Source: an uncultured virus (IMG/VR IMGVR_UViG_2706794593_000002)
Lineage: Duplodnaviria; Heunggongvirae; Uroviricota; Caudoviricetes
Virus record (IMG/VR): IMGVR_UViG_2706794593_000002
DNA length: 32,543 bases
Strand: one strand, 5' to 3'
In this document: positions 1-10,318 of the stretch, piece by piece
Layout: every line of letters begins with the position of its first letter
Position numbering within the stretch: the stretch's first letter is position 1
The notes under the pieces: model-generated
Databases searched by the model: none
Told to the model about the DNA's origin: nothing
Seen by the model: only the letters and a program-made list of their open reading frames with translations
Made by a program: the position numbers and the translations under genes

Positions 1-21
1 TCTGTGCATTGTCATAAGGGA

Positions 22-1179
22 TTACTCCACGGTGGCATTGATTTCAGCGATATGACCGGCACGGCCTAAAATCACTAACAGGGTGGTTAACGGGTAAACA
101 CGTTTTTTGCGTTGGTCGGAAGTCAGCGAAAGGACATCCTCAGGACGCGAACGGATGACAAAACCAAAATCAGCCACTTTCGTGACACCATCGTCAGGAT
201 CAACATAAGAGCCGGTACCGAGCACCCCGTTATTGAAAAAGCGTTTGCAGGTAGTGGCAACCGTAGACAGCAATCCGCCATAGTCGCGTGGTGTCAGTGC
301 ACGTTTGGTGCCGACATTAGCAATGTAGTTGTAGCCATCCACCTGAATATGGTTTTTCAACACATCCAGATTGACCACATCATCAATAAACTCGCCATAG
401 GACGACATCGATTTACTGTTGATCACCCGGCTGTTATCAATTTGCCCCGCCAGTTCAATTTTGGTGAAAAATACCGCGTTTTTGGCTTTTAACGCATTGT
501 AAGCACTGGTGGCCATATCATCACCTATCACACCCGGTAACACCTGATACTCGCCGGTAATGGCGGTGTTTAACCCTGTTGGCCTGAATTTATGGAACGC
601 CGCCGCCAATTGCACCATTGAATAAGCTTGGGTTGGGTCAGTAGTGACGGATTCAGCGGTTTTATAGCCAGCAAACACATGGCGGTTACCTTTGCTTTTG
701 AGCAGTGACACCACATCATCCACCTTGTTCTGATCAGCAATGTCGTCATCACTAAATGTCCACCAGACCGGATGACTATTCGCATCAGACCAGTCGGCCA
801 ACTGGAGAATAATGTCATTGCTGGTTAAGTCGCTTGTTTTAAAGAAGTAGTGATAACGCCAAATGCGGTCAGTGGCGCTATTGACAGTTTCCAGCAGCGA
901 ATTTTCAGCATTCTTCATCCAGACGGTAATTTGTGGTGGTTTGGGGATTTGCGCAAAGTAGCGAGTCGCAATGTGATAAATCGGGCTGTCCGTTTGGAAA
1001 TCAGCACCAAGTTCTGGCAGTGATGCATAGTCACGAAATGAATCTGCATCAAACTCGCCTTCCTCAACTAAATCTGACGGGTCAGCAAAAGTTAGTGCAC
1101 TGGAAAAATCACCGTAGCCCAACCCTGCCGCCGTCAGAATAAGATTGACGGGGATAATATTATCAACCGGATAAGCCAT
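22..1179 (-). CDS. Tail sheath-like protein (DUF3383 family)
   Basis: Likely start MAYPVDNIIPVNL (ATG at 1179, overlapping the end of the upstream gene) rather than the ORF-track start at 1371. C-terminal GEFIDDVVNLD...GHIAEINATVE and position after the neck genes fit DUF3383 sheath proteins. Confidence 0.75.
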   Translation of the reverse strand: MAYPVDNIIPVNLILTAAGLGYGDFSSALTFADPSDLVEEGEFDADSFRDYASLPELGADFQTDSPIYHIATRYFAQIPKPPQITVWMKNAENSLLETVNSATDRIWRYHYFFKTSDLTSNDIILQLADWSDANSHPVWWTFSDDDIADQNKVDDVVSLLKSKGNRHVFAGYKTAESVTTDPTQAYSMVQLAAAFHKFRPTGLNTAITGEYQVLPGVIGDDMATSAYNALKAKNAVFFTKIELAGQIDNSRVINSKSMSSYGEFIDDVVNLDVLKNHIQVDGYNYIANVGTKRALTPRDYGGLLSTVATTCKRFFNNGVLGTGSYVDPDDGVTKVADFGFVIRSRPEDVLSLTSDQRKKRVYPLTTLLVILGRAGHIAEINATVE

Positions 1180-1723
1180 AAGAGCTGTCTCTTTCTCTAA
1201 TTTGAATGTCAAACCCTGCAGCACGTAATAGCGCGTAGGATACGGTTTTCTCAATGAATAGATGGATGTCAGCCTGATAGCGTGGCTGTAGCCCAGCTTG
1301 CAATAAGCCTGTGAGATTTCTAAAGTTGCTGGAGAACCGCCAGGCGATTTTATGGCGGAACAGATAGTCACTGACTGGGGTCACGAAATTGGCGTTAGCT
1401 AAATGCATAGCGGCGGTTGCCGCACCGCTATTGAGCAAATTCACCGACAGCAAAAACTCCATTGATGTACAGGCTGTTTCTTGCAAGTCTTGCCACTCTG
1501 CGCCTAGCGCCGGATCAGTTTCAGCAATGGCCGGGATAAATTCACGCTTGCGCCGTGTTTGCCCATAAGCCCGAACAGGCACTGGGTTATAGGTGGCATA
1601 TAAGCTATTACCTATCGGTGGGTTACGGCCTTGATCGGCTAATACAACACGGTCGAGGGGGACTGCAGCGGCGAGTGAAATGAGTTGCTGAAATACCGGA
1701 TACATCTCTTCAATGGTTTCCAT
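1163..1723 (-). CDS. Putative neck/tail terminator protein
   Basis: 186-aa ORF coupled to its neighbours, immediately upstream of the sheath gene. Function from gene order. Confidence 0.55.
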   Translation of the reverse strand: METIEEMYPVFQQLISLAAAVPLDRVVLADQGRNPPIGNSLYATYNPVPVRAYGQTRRKREFIPAIAETDPALGAEWQDLQETACTSMEFLLSVNLLNSGAATAAMHLANANFVTPVSDYLFRHKIAWRFSSNFRNLTGLLQAGLQPRYQADIHLFIEKTVSYALLRAAGFDIQIRERDSSYGLSG

Positions 1724-2142
1724 CAGCCCGCACCTCGATAACGTTCAACCAATGCACGGCAAAAGTTACGCCAAGGCCGGTTATCACAGGAAGCAATTCG
1801 CCATTGTCGCATTGCCAGCCCATCGCTGAATTCCAGCAAGTCGCTAAATTTCCCCTCGTCATCAGGCCAGAGATAATGCACACCATCGTTAATGTGCACC
1901 ACTCGCAGGTCCTGCGGGTTAGCCGTGCCGCCCATGCCTATCAGCATTTGAATATCTTTCCATTTTGCTGATTGGACATTTACCTTCTGCAATTCGATGA
2001 CCTGCGGCTCCCCTTGCTGCCAAATACCTCCGAGGCCGCTATAGTCACCCGCAGTCGGTCGAATTAACCGAATGCCGCCCTCGATAGGCGAATTAAAGGT
2101 GGCATCAATATGTCCGTGCATATCCAAGCCATTACCGAACAT
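1723..2142 (-). CDS. Putative head-closure/head-tail joining protein
   Basis: 139-aa ORF in the neck module with overlapping stop/start. Function from position. Confidence 0.5.
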   Translation of the reverse strand: MFGNGLDMHGHIDATFNSPIEGGIRLIRPTAGDYSGLGGIWQQGEPQVIELQKVNVQSAKWKDIQMLIGMGGTANPQDLRVVHINDGVHYLWPDDEGKFSDLLEFSDGLAMRQWRIASCDNRPWRNFCRALVERYRGAG

Positions 2143-2144
2143 GA

Positions 2145-2612
2145 TTAATCCTCCACGATATGAGTAAGTGCGCCTTTTAGCGTACCGTGGTTAACCAGCG
2201 GGGTTGCGGAACCTTTAGCGGCAATCGTGGCATCCGCATTGCCTGGTTGAATACCGGCTTCTATCGCCTCCTGGCAATAACCCACCGCACGCGCACCAAT
2301 CTGATCCAGCATTTGAAATGCCGTGATTTCGCCGCGAGTGACCTGTGCCGTCAGCACACGAAAGGCTTTTTTGATGTTGTCCTGATTTTGTCGCAACGGA
2401 ACGCGCAGAAATGAGCGCTCAGGAATACGCCCATCCGCAGAGCCAAATTCCTGTACTGCCCCAATTACCACGATAGGTGCACCATCTTCATACACCCCAG
2501 CCCCCTCGGGCAGCCCCACCAGCACCCGACGTTTGGCAGTGACCCGTTGATGGATCTGGCGCAATTTCTGCGCCAGTTTTGTCCCGCCCCGTACTTCGGC
2601 CCGAAGTTTCAT
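2145..2612 (-). CDS. Putative neck/virion morphogenesis protein
   Basis: Motifs EFG...IPERSFLR and NADATIAAKGS..PL..G.L are typical of this phage neck-protein family. Confidence 0.65.
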   Translation of the reverse strand: MKLRAEVRGGTKLAQKLRQIHQRVTAKRRVLVGLPEGAGVYEDGAPIVVIGAVQEFGSADGRIPERSFLRVPLRQNQDNIKKAFRVLTAQVTRGEITAFQMLDQIGARAVGYCQEAIEAGIQPGNADATIAAKGSATPLVNHGTLKGALTHIVED

Positions 2613-3016
2613 ACCATCATGGCCCCGGTACCGGCTCGGCGGCGCAAGCGCAGGAACTCCACCCCGTAGGTGGTCAGTGGTAAATCACCATTGATATTGA
2701 GATCATCAGCGGTCACCGTAGGAACGGCAAAAGAAGTCGATTCATCACCCACTGATTTTGATGAGATGGCATAAGCCGCCCCGACATCACCACTGATGGC
2801 CCTTTTGCGCATCACCAGCCGGTGGGCGGCAAAAGCAAACAGGCCGCGTTTTTTGATCGATGCAGGACGAGCATGATATTTCAGCCAACGTTGACCGGTT
2901 TCCGAGTCGCCTTCCTCCAATGCCTGAGTCACTTCCCGCTCAGGCCACAAGGTGGTATCGCTGAATTCCGGGTAATACTCCCGAAAGTCAGCAACAATTT
3001 GCACAGTAATATCCAC
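2609..3016 (-). CDS. Head-tail adaptor (DUF4054 family)
   Basis: FREYYPEF, AAH, SKSVGDES and T.YG.EF motifs. GTG start with GGGGG SD; follows the capsid genes. Confidence 0.75.
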   Translation of the reverse strand: MDITVQIVADFREYYPEFSDTTLWPEREVTQALEEGDSETGQRWLKYHARPASIKKRGLFAFAAHRLVMRKRAISGDVGAAYAISSKSVGDESTSFAVPTVTADDLNINGDLPLTTYGVEFLRLRRRAGTGAMMV

Positions 3017-3040
3017 ATCACCCCCTAAAGCAAAAACCCG

Positions 3041-3421
3041 TCACGCGGACGGGTTATCAATGGCATCGGTTTCATCCGATGGGATCTTCGATTCAGTGAT
3101 ATCGTTTTGTGCCAACTCGGCTTTTTTGCTATCAATCGCCTTTTGCAAAGTTATCGCTTTAGCCGCCGAGGGGGCTTTTTTACCAAACAAGGTTTCATAT
3201 TCATCACGTACCGCAGTGATATTTAGCTCACTATCATCAGCATGCTCATCAAGTGGCTCATCAAATAGCTCGGCACGCATCATGCCTGCCTGAGTAAATA
3301 AGTGACGGGTAAAATCGCCATTCACCACCGCAGAATGGCCGACGGCAATCGTGATGCGTTGATCGGTTTTGTCATCAGTGACCGTCAGCGGTGAAGTATG
3401 CAAGTTAGTTAATTCAAACAT
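3041..3421 (-). CDS. Hypothetical protein downstream of the major capsid gene
   Basis: 126-aa ORF starting 2 nt after the capsid stop. C-terminal YETLFGKKAP segment is common at this position. Confidence 0.6.
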   Translation of the reverse strand: MFELTNLHTSPLTVTDDKTDQRITIAVGHSAVVNGDFTRHLFTQAGMMRAELFDEPLDEHADDSELNITAVRDEYETLFGKKAPSAAKAITLQKAIDSKKAELAQNDITESKIPSDETDAIDNPSA

Positions 3422-3423
3422 GA

Positions 3424-4359
3424 TTAAACCCCATCTACATAGTGAGCCGCTTTAGGAATACGCCATTCCGTGCCACCCGTGCGTAAGATGGCCGGCACTT
3501 TGAAATTAACGTTGTCTGGTGTGGCTGGATCTAAGAAACGTAACGGCATCACGTCATGGCCTTTCACCACCCGCATATCTTTTTTGTACACCATCAGGCG
3601 ATCTTTACCCGCCGCCCCAGCACCAGCCAGCAAGATATCATCGTCAAAATCCATATCTTTGAAGTTGGTCCGCAGGAATTCCAACAACGTGACGTTTGAG
3701 GCGTTATGGGTGGAGAGCAAGGTACGCATCAGTAATTGATGTTGCTCTGAGGGCAGAATAAAACCATTTGGTCGGTGAACCGTAACGGTGTTTTTCAGAT
3801 ACACCTGGTTATAGGCGGCACCAAAGAAATCAATGATTGGCTGGGTGCCCTTGGTAGGAATAGCAGCCACTAACTCGGCCAAGGTCGCCGTAGCCGCCTC
3901 CACACCCACATTGGAACTGGTATACAGCCCCTCGCCAATGTCATTGTGACCGAGCAAGTAAATCTTATTCAGGCCTTGCTCAACCACATCGCGTACCGCC
4001 TGACCACGTTCAGCATCCAAATTGACGTTATTGAGCATGGCAAAACCGATTTCCTCAATGGAATAGGTGTAACCCAGCGCGGCGGTTTTGATCTCATGGA
4101 AGCCCTGATTCATAGCGATATCCACCGTCGGTACGTCGGTCGAGTTCGGGCCAAATACCTGCAACTCACCACGGGCATCAATCGAGCGGAACGCCACCAC
4201 TTTTACCCAGTCTGGTGCACTGTTATCCAGCGGTAATATTGTGCTGTATTTAAACTGCGGATATTCCAGTCGGTAAATTTCCGATTCAATATGCGCAGCT
4301 TGTTGCACCAGAAAAGAGAGCGCCGATACTGGGCTGACGTCAAATACACTTCGTTTCAT
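3424..4359 (-). CDS. Major capsid protein (DUF2184 family, HK97-like fold)
   Basis: 311 aa with AAGGA SD. Motifs GYTYSIEE and GG...R.P.A..Y.DG at the C-terminus; follows the decoration and scaffold genes. Confidence 0.8.
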   Translation of the reverse strand: MKRSVFDVSPVSALSFLVQQAAHIESEIYRLEYPQFKYSTILPLDNSAPDWVKVVAFRSIDARGELQVFGPNSTDVPTVDIAMNQGFHEIKTAALGYTYSIEEIGFAMLNNVNLDAERGQAVRDVVEQGLNKIYLLGHNDIGEGLYTSSNVGVEAATATLAELVAAIPTKGTQPIIDFFGAAYNQVYLKNTVTVHRPNGFILPSEQHQLLMRTLLSTHNASNVTLLEFLRTNFKDMDFDDDILLAGAGAAGKDRLMVYKKDMRVVKGHDVMPLRFLDPATPDNVNFKVPAILRTGGTEWRIPKAAHYVDGV

Positions 4360-4377
4360 GAATATGTTCCTTTAATT

Positions 4378-4902
4378 TTACTCGCCGCCAGCAGCTGCAG
4401 GTGTAGATGCCAGAATGCCATCAACGCGAATTTCACCCACTTCACCCGCCACCACATCATCAATCCAGCGGACAAAATCTAATTCAACTCCGGTACCGCC
4501 TGCGGTTAACCGGCCCTGATTCACCCCTACGGCTGTAATGACTGTTACGGTTTCGCCTGCGCTGGCACCATCGACACACAAGGCAAACATCGGCCCACGA
4601 CGCAGTAACGATGCAACATGACCAACGTCATAACCCACCTCATAATCTGGCGGATTGGTGGGGACACTGTTGCTAAATACCGCCATTGATCGAACAGTAA
4701 AACCGATGATTTGTGCAGCGGTGGTGTCTGGTGTAACCGGCGCACAAGAACGTGCCCCATCACCACGAATAGCCGCACGGCCAAAGGACACCATTTTTGT
4801 TTCCACACGGCGGGATACCACCTCACAGACATCAGTCGTTGAAATTTGCCCTTCGTAAGCCTTGCTGCGCCATTTTGTGAATTCACTCTGAGCAATCGCC
4901 AT
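4378..4902 (-). CDS. Capsid decoration/cement protein
   Basis: 174-aa Gly/Val-rich protein (FGRA...G; GP) between the DUF2213 and capsid genes. Confidence 0.65.
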   Translation of the reverse strand: MAIAQSEFTKWRSKAYEGQISTTDVCEVVSRRVETKMVSFGRAAIRGDGARSCAPVTPDTTAAQIIGFTVRSMAVFSNSVPTNPPDYEVGYDVGHVASLLRRGPMFALCVDGASAGETVTVITAVGVNQGRLTAGGTGVELDFVRWIDDVVAGEVGEIRVDGILASTPAAAGGE

Positions 4903-6101
4903 TATTTATTCTCCGTTTGTTTGCCATAACGTTTGTCCAGCCAGCTTTGGCGAACACTGTCACGGGTAGTCCGAGCATCACCGGTTTTGACTTTCTTCAT
5001 GTCGCGGCCCAAATTGATGATGGAATCATTCACGTCATTTTTATCGTCAGGATCATCTTCATCCTCGTTTTCCCGACGTTCTTCTTCGGCATCAAAATAA
5101 GCAGATACGTAAGCATCCGGCGCTTTATCCCATGAGGTGTATTTGCGGCATTTAATGTCAGCACTGTCCAGCGCGGCACGCTTGATTTTTAGCGGGTCTA
5201 CCGCATCACAACTAAATTCTGCACCGGCAATTTTGATAGCAGAGTCACGCGCTGCCACCACATCGGCCAGCCGCTTCGAAATCGCATCCTCAGACGATTT
5301 TTCTTTTAGTGCCTCGATTTCTTCATCTTTGGCATCGGCTTTGGCTTCGGCCTCCTCTTTTTTCTGTTCAGCTTCATCCTTGGCGGCTTCAGCTTTTTCC
5401 TGCCCTTCCTCCGCATCAGTGACACGTTTTTTTAGTGCATCCATCGATGATTGGATTAGCTGCTGGGTCGCTTCGTCAGCCACCTCAACGCGTGCGCCTG
5501 AATCCAGCACAACTTTATACATGGGGTTTACTCCCTTGGGGTTACGGTCAAATAACCGCGCCAGGTGTCCGGCTCTGGCCTGATCACACAGTGCGATATG
5601 GTTGATGGTGATGGTGCATTGAATAAATTCGTAGGCAGTACCACAGGGCGCGATACCGGGGGCATAACGGTATTCAGAGGTGTAACCGGCGGATAATTCC
5701 TCTTTCTCTTGGTTGATGGCATCAATGGCGTACTGATCTTTAATCAGAAGGTCGACCACCACATAATCAGGGTCATCGACATCTTGTCGCCCCGGCGAAA
5801 TGGCATGCCCTGCGGTAACCTGCTTAAAAGTTTGGGCATTCACCAAATCATCAGGGTGATCAATGGTGACGTCTTTATTGTCATAACTGGCCAGACTAAC
5901 CGGATCAAACACCTCAGTCGGTGGCCGGTACACATTGACGATTTGACCGGGTGGCCTGTCTTTTAATCCCAGTTCGGAGGCGAGATATTGCTGCACACCG
6001 ACGCGAGCAACCCGCCCGGGGACTTTTAAATAGCCCTCAGGGGTAATTTCTCGTTGGGAATTAATCGGAAAGGACACGCGGTCACGAACGGTGATCCGCA
6101 T
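4902..6101 (-). CDS. Prohead protease/scaffold (DUF2213 family)
   Basis: ARVGVQQY, HP, ELSAGY and NHIALCDQARAG motifs, followed by an acidic coiled-coil scaffold-like region. Confidence 0.8.
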   Translation of the reverse strand: MRITVRDRVSFPINSQREITPEGYLKVPGRVARVGVQQYLASELGLKDRPPGQIVNVYRPPTEVFDPVSLASYDNKDVTIDHPDDLVNAQTFKQVTAGHAISPGRQDVDDPDYVVVDLLIKDQYAIDAINQEKEELSAGYTSEYRYAPGIAPCGTAYEFIQCTITINHIALCDQARAGHLARLFDRNPKGVNPMYKVVLDSGARVEVADEATQQLIQSSMDALKKRVTDAEEGQEKAEAAKDEAEQKKEEAEAKADAKDEEIEALKEKSSEDAISKRLADVVAARDSAIKIAGAEFSCDAVDPLKIKRAALDSADIKCRKYTSWDKAPDAYVSAYFDAEEERRENEDEDDPDDKNDVNDSIINLGRDMKKVKTGDARTTRDSVRQSWLDKRYGKQTENK

Positions 6102-6112
6102 AATATATCCTG

Positions 6113-6988
6113 TTAGTAATCAAGCCCCTTGATTTGGGGAATGGCATGACAGCGGCAACCGATATGGGCTCTGCCGGGGAATAGCCCGCTTTCACCGTTA
6201 TAAGTTGCACCCCGCGACCAAAGATAAATACCCGCGCCATAACCCACATCGCTACGGGAAATTTCAAAGCATTTGATTTTGGCTCGAGGATACTTACCGG
6301 CGGGATTACCGGAGACACGTACATCTTGCGAGGTAGACCAACGAAAACGGTTAATTCCCGCGCCTACCTGCCGAGTATGAGTAATATCACTGCGGATTTT
6401 GGCGGTTTGGTCACGGGAAATAAGATGCGCACGCTGATAGCTGACTCCGGTCACTTGCTGGATATTTCTAACCATCGTCGTGAGTGAGTCACCTCGCATG
6501 ATGCTGTCCATCACTTCCCGCTGAATATCATCGAAATAATCTGAGGACAGTGATTTTATCAAAGCAACATTACTTTCGACTGAGGCATCGAAATAATCCA
6601 CTAATGACTCATTAACCATAAGTGAGGTCATATCGATACCGATAGCGCGATTAATTTGTTCAACGAATGCCGCAGAACTTTCAGATTCTGCGCGACTCAC
6701 CACTTGCTGAGCTAATCGGTCAGCCTGACGGCCCATAACTGAACGATTAAATTTGTCGGCGGCCTGCCTGATTGACTCTTTGATGATATCGACCAGATAA
6801 CTATCAGCAGTGTAATTACGGCGTAGAACCGGTGTTAATACTTCATCTACCGACTGGGCCATCATCCGAACCATTTCACGTAACTGAGCACGATAATAAC
6901 GTTCGGTTTCATCTGTCAGTTTAACTGGCCTGAGTTGCGCCCTCCGGCGCGGCGGCTGGGTTTTTATCATCGCCTGCAGTGTTGCCAA
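6113..6988 (-). CDS. Head morphogenesis protein (SPP1 gp7 / Mu F family)
   Basis: RA.LI.RDQ..K, W.T..D.RV and PG...GCRC.A motifs. Start uncertain: TTG at 6988 or ATG at 6970; the ORF track extends to 7066. Confidence 0.8.
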   Translation of the reverse strand: MATLQAMIKTQPPRRRAQLRPVKLTDETERYYRAQLREMVRMMAQSVDEVLTPVLRRNYTADSYLVDIIKESIRQAADKFNRSVMGRQADRLAQQVVSRAESESSAAFVEQINRAIGIDMTSLMVNESLVDYFDASVESNVALIKSLSSDYFDDIQREVMDSIMRGDSLTTMVRNIQQVTGVSYQRAHLISRDQTAKIRSDITHTRQVGAGINRFRWSTSQDVRVSGNPAGKYPRAKIKCFEISRSDVGYGAGIYLWSRGATYNGESGLFPGRAHIGCRCHAIPQIKGLDY

Positions 6989-8306
6989 GCCGGAATTGAT
7001 AATCACCTTGCCGCTCGGCTGACTCATCATCTTCGAGTCGGGTGATGTCATTTTCTTGAATACCATAAACCCCTTGCTCCATCAGCTTACGAGCTACCTG
7101 CGACGGCAACACCACTTTTTGCTGGAGGCGAATATCATCAGCCTGTGCATCAGCCAGTCGCTGGGCCGATATCTCGCTATCGGTCGGTTGTGACAGTGGC
7201 GCAAAGGTAAAATCCAAACCATCGGGCATGGTGCCAAGAGTCGAACGCACCAGCACCTCATCCAGCTTTTTTAGGAACGGGCGGTATTTCGCTTCCTGAT
7301 CCCCCTTGATAGTACTGAAATAATTGTTCTGGTCGCCTTGCCCGGAATCCCCTAATCCTTTGGCTTGCACGCCGAATATGCGTGTCATCGGAATACCGGA
7401 TGCGCCCGCCGTCCACTCCATTAGTACCGCCAACACTTCTCCCAAGCCGCCGAATGAGATTTGCTTGCGATCAAAGCTCTCTTTGGAATCCAGCAGCGCC
7501 AGCCGAAATAGCGATTTCATCATGCCAAAAGTGTTGTAGCGTTTGGCTATGGCTTCATCCATATCGCCAGATGCTAAGTCAGTGGCTAAATTTTCTTTGC
7601 TGATGATGTCGATATTGGCTTCCAGAATTAGCGAAGAAATCCCCCCTTTGGCGGCGACGGCATCTTTCACATCCTCAAGACAGCGCCTCAAACGGCTATC
7701 ATCCCAACCACCGTTAATCATGCGTAACCGCATCGGCAAGGCAGCACCGGGCGCACGAACAAAATGGCTGAAATGGATTTTCTGCTGACCGCCGTTCACC
7801 AGGTAATATTCCGGCTGCATAAAGTTCTCAGCCAGCGGGTTAGAAACGTTGTATTGCTGCCCATTGATCAACATGCGATCCAACACCAACAAACGCTTAA
7901 GTGAGCCTTTCTTGATATTCTTTAATTCCAATTCATGAGACAGGTCTTGGTCGGTCAGCATCAATACCCCCGCCCCGCCATATAATCCGGCCCATTTAAA
8001 GGACTCTTGGGTAACCCCCTGAATATTGAACTGGTTTTCAGCATTGCGTAGTGCGGTAGCATCATCTGACGGAAATGAGCGCCATTCGCGAGTGGCATCA
8101 TCAACCGGAATATCAATAATCGAACGGGCAATCCAGTTTTCGGTATAAGCGGCCTCCAGCTCAGCAAAATCTTGCATCGCGCCATACATAAAGCGGCTAT
8201 ACATACGCCGGTCACGGTCGGTACCCATCCCCGTCATCACATTCGACAAACCATCAGCAGTCAGGCGAATGCGGGGTTTACCGCCAAAATCCAGTTTTTC
8301 ACTCAT
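6921..8306 (-). CDS. Portal protein (DUF1073 family)
   Basis: Directly follows terL. Motifs LYGG, IH.S, GIPMTRIFG....G and D..NY. Start MSEKL at 8306. Confidence 0.8.
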   Translation of the reverse strand: MSEKLDFGGKPRIRLTADGLSNVMTGMGTDRDRRMYSRFMYGAMQDFAELEAAYTENWIARSIIDIPVDDATREWRSFPSDDATALRNAENQFNIQGVTQESFKWAGLYGGAGVLMLTDQDLSHELELKNIKKGSLKRLLVLDRMLINGQQYNVSNPLAENFMQPEYYLVNGGQQKIHFSHFVRAPGAALPMRLRMINGGWDDSRLRRCLEDVKDAVAAKGGISSLILEANIDIISKENLATDLASGDMDEAIAKRYNTFGMMKSLFRLALLDSKESFDRKQISFGGLGEVLAVLMEWTAGASGIPMTRIFGVQAKGLGDSGQGDQNNYFSTIKGDQEAKYRPFLKKLDEVLVRSTLGTMPDGLDFTFAPLSQPTDSEISAQRLADAQADDIRLQQKVVLPSQVARKLMEQGVYGIQENDITRLEDDESAERQGDYQFRLGNTAGDDKNPAAAPEGATQAS

Positions 8307-8308
8307 CG

Positions 8309-9952
8309 TTAAACCCACTTGTCATAACTGATGCTGCCACCAGCAATTAATTCGATTTCTATCGAATCCATAATTGTGTCGAGGATGTCGTCGTTTTTAT
8401 GACTGTCGTCCGCTGAGAAATCAGCGCATTCCGTCAGTGCAGGCATGACCCAATCAGTCGAGGCGGCCACTGCACCATCCCAGTAATAAACCTGCGGGAT
8501 CTTTTGGCCGTCGTCAGTCATCAGTGCCGGAAGATAGACACAACCGGTTTTCATCTGCGGAATGGTATTCAGGCAACGGATCAGCTTGTTTTGGCCTGAG
8601 CCGCGCGGGATGGTCAGGATGGGAATGCTTTTACGTTTTACCAGCGTGGTAATCAGACCTTGCCCGGCTTGCTTATCCTCGATGCCCATATGGCGTAATG
8701 GCGCGGGGCGTTTCGGATTATAAGGTCGCCACTTTTCCCATAAGTCTTGCGCGGTGGTCAGTAAGTCTTCTGGGTCCCAGCGGCCACGCACACTGTCAAT
8801 AATGTAGAGATTGCCATCAACACCCATCCCCACCAGGGTAAAGACGGTGTAGTCGTTGTAATCTTCAATTTTGCCGGAATTGGTATCAACATAAACGGCG
8901 CGGTGAGTCAGCGGGGGTAAATGGGTGTAGCGTTTAAACCAATCGGTATCAATTAACCCGCCAGTCAATGCCCGTGGGCGCTGCATATATTGCGACATGA
9001 AAGTGTATTCGTCGCTTTCCCACAACCGCAGCAAATCACCGACATATTCGTTTACCGGCCAGTAAGACCAATAACGCACCCCGCCGACCACCACACTTTC
9101 ACTATTTTTAACCGAGAACCAGCACTGCGAGCGCCACGGCTCCGGCAATGCATCAATATATTCTTCACTAACCAAGGCTGGAATGGTGATGTGGTGAAAA
9201 TCCACCCCCATCTTGCCGGACAGCATAAATCCGGTGGCGTCATCGGTATGTAACCGCTGCTGGATAGAAACGAACGGTGTCGGGTGCTCTTTGCTCTTAT
9301 CACCGCGTCGTGAGCGGATGGTGTTCACCAAGATACGGTTAGCGCTGGCCCGTTTGGTAGCCGAAAACATATCTTCGGGTTTATTGTAATCATCCAGCCC
9401 GACAAAACCGGAAAAATCAGGGCCGGGGAAACCCGCACGACCACCGGTTAATTGCCCACCGCTGGAGCGGGAAACGGTCTGCCCCACCATTCGGCCCCGG
9501 CTATTAACGATTTCCCACTCTTCCGCCTGATTAATACCAAAGCGGCAAGGCCACAGTGATTGATACTCAGGGCTGGCGATAATATCGCGGGTGCGGCGGC
9601 TATTGCGTTTTACCAGTGTGTCAGCAAATGACACATTGAGATTTCGAAAGCGCCGTAACTGGCCAGTCTGTACCAACATATTGATGTAGGCCGGCAGATG
9701 AACCGAAATAAACTCGGTTTTAGTCCCACCTGGCGGCACGTTCACAATCAGGTTGCGCGGTTGCAGCCGGTTATTGACCAAATCATCCAGCTTTGCGGCC
9801 ATCATTTTATGATGCCAGTTCACCAGTAACCGGTCACTTTGCAGCAGCTCAAACCAAATGCGAGTGAAATTAAGAAATGATTTTTCCGATCTGGATTTCA
9901 GGGCGACACGCGACGGGAAATCCAGATTTTCCCATTCGAGAATATCGCTCAT
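8309..9952 (-). CDS. terL: Terminase large subunit
   Basis: Walker A-like NVPPGGTKT, Walker B GLDD, QQRLH..D, QYMQRP, and nuclease acidic residues (VDT, DY, HKNDDILD). Confidence 0.9.
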   Translation of the reverse strand: MSDILEWENLDFPSRVALKSRSEKSFLNFTRIWFELLQSDRLLVNWHHKMMAAKLDDLVNNRLQPRNLIVNVPPGGTKTEFISVHLPAYINMLVQTGQLRRFRNLNVSFADTLVKRNSRRTRDIIASPEYQSLWPCRFGINQAEEWEIVNSRGRMVGQTVSRSSGGQLTGGRAGFPGPDFSGFVGLDDYNKPEDMFSATKRASANRILVNTIRSRRGDKSKEHPTPFVSIQQRLHTDDATGFMLSGKMGVDFHHITIPALVSEEYIDALPEPWRSQCWFSVKNSESVVVGGVRYWSYWPVNEYVGDLLRLWESDEYTFMSQYMQRPRALTGGLIDTDWFKRYTHLPPLTHRAVYVDTNSGKIEDYNDYTVFTLVGMGVDGNLYIIDSVRGRWDPEDLLTTAQDLWEKWRPYNPKRPAPLRHMGIEDKQAGQGLITTLVKRKSIPILTIPRGSGQNKLIRCLNTIPQMKTGCVYLPALMTDDGQKIPQVYYWDGAVAASTDWVMPALTECADFSADDSHKNDDILDTIMDSIEIELIAGGSISYDKWV

Positions 9953-10005
9953 GTGGTGATCCTGCTATCGCGCCATGGTTGGGTGATTTATCGCCATTAT
10001 TCCCC

Positions 10006-10059
10006 TTGCACTTTTTTCCCGATAGGGACAAAATGACATTTGTAATTACAGATGTCATT
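10006..10059 (+). promoter_or_regulatory. relBE promoter and relO-like operator
   Basis: TTGCAC-17-CAAAAT, then the near-perfect inverted repeat AATGACATTTGTAATTACAGATGTCATT (10032-10059), which closely resembles the E. coli relO operator. Confidence 0.7.
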
Positions 10060-10078
10060 ACATAAGTGAGGTTCAAAG

Positions 10079-10318
10079 ATGGGTAACATTAATATTCGCA
10101 TTGATGATGACTTAAAAGATCGTTCTTATGCGGTACTGGAAAAACTGGGGGTCACCCCCTCTGATTTGCTACGCCAGACACTGGAATATGTGGCACAAAG
10201 TGGCAAACTGCCCTTTAAATCCGTGTTGCTGACCGATGAAGATCAAGCACTGGTCGCCGTAGTCAGAGAACGTTTAGCCAATCCACAACCAGTCAGGGTA
10301 TCACTGGATGACTTATAA
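10079..10318 (+). CDS. relB: RelB antitoxin
   Basis: MGNINIRIDDDLKDRSYAVLEKLGVTPS...LPFK...VRVSLDDL closely matches E. coli RelB. Confidence 0.92.
   Translation: MGNINIRIDDDLKDRSYAVLEKLGVTPSDLLRQTLEYVAQSGKLPFKSVLLTDEDQALVAVVRERLANPQPVRVSLDDL

Noticed and set aside
1180..1371. N-terminal extension of the sheath ORF (similarly terS to 11715, holin to 16103, o-spanin to 15082)
   Set aside because: The extensions overlap upstream genes or regulatory DNA and lack family features; downstream ATGs have better SD or coupling.
6921..8306. Portal as an anti-CBASS (Acb1) protein, a label sometimes attached to DUF1073 proteins
   Set aside because: Position after terL and the motifs fit a plain portal; I see no phosphodiesterase HxT/S motif pair or extra domain.
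112..9303. Many plus-strand and alternate-frame ORFs over the structural genes
   Set aside because: Shadow ORFs inside well-supported genes, with no recognisable motifs.
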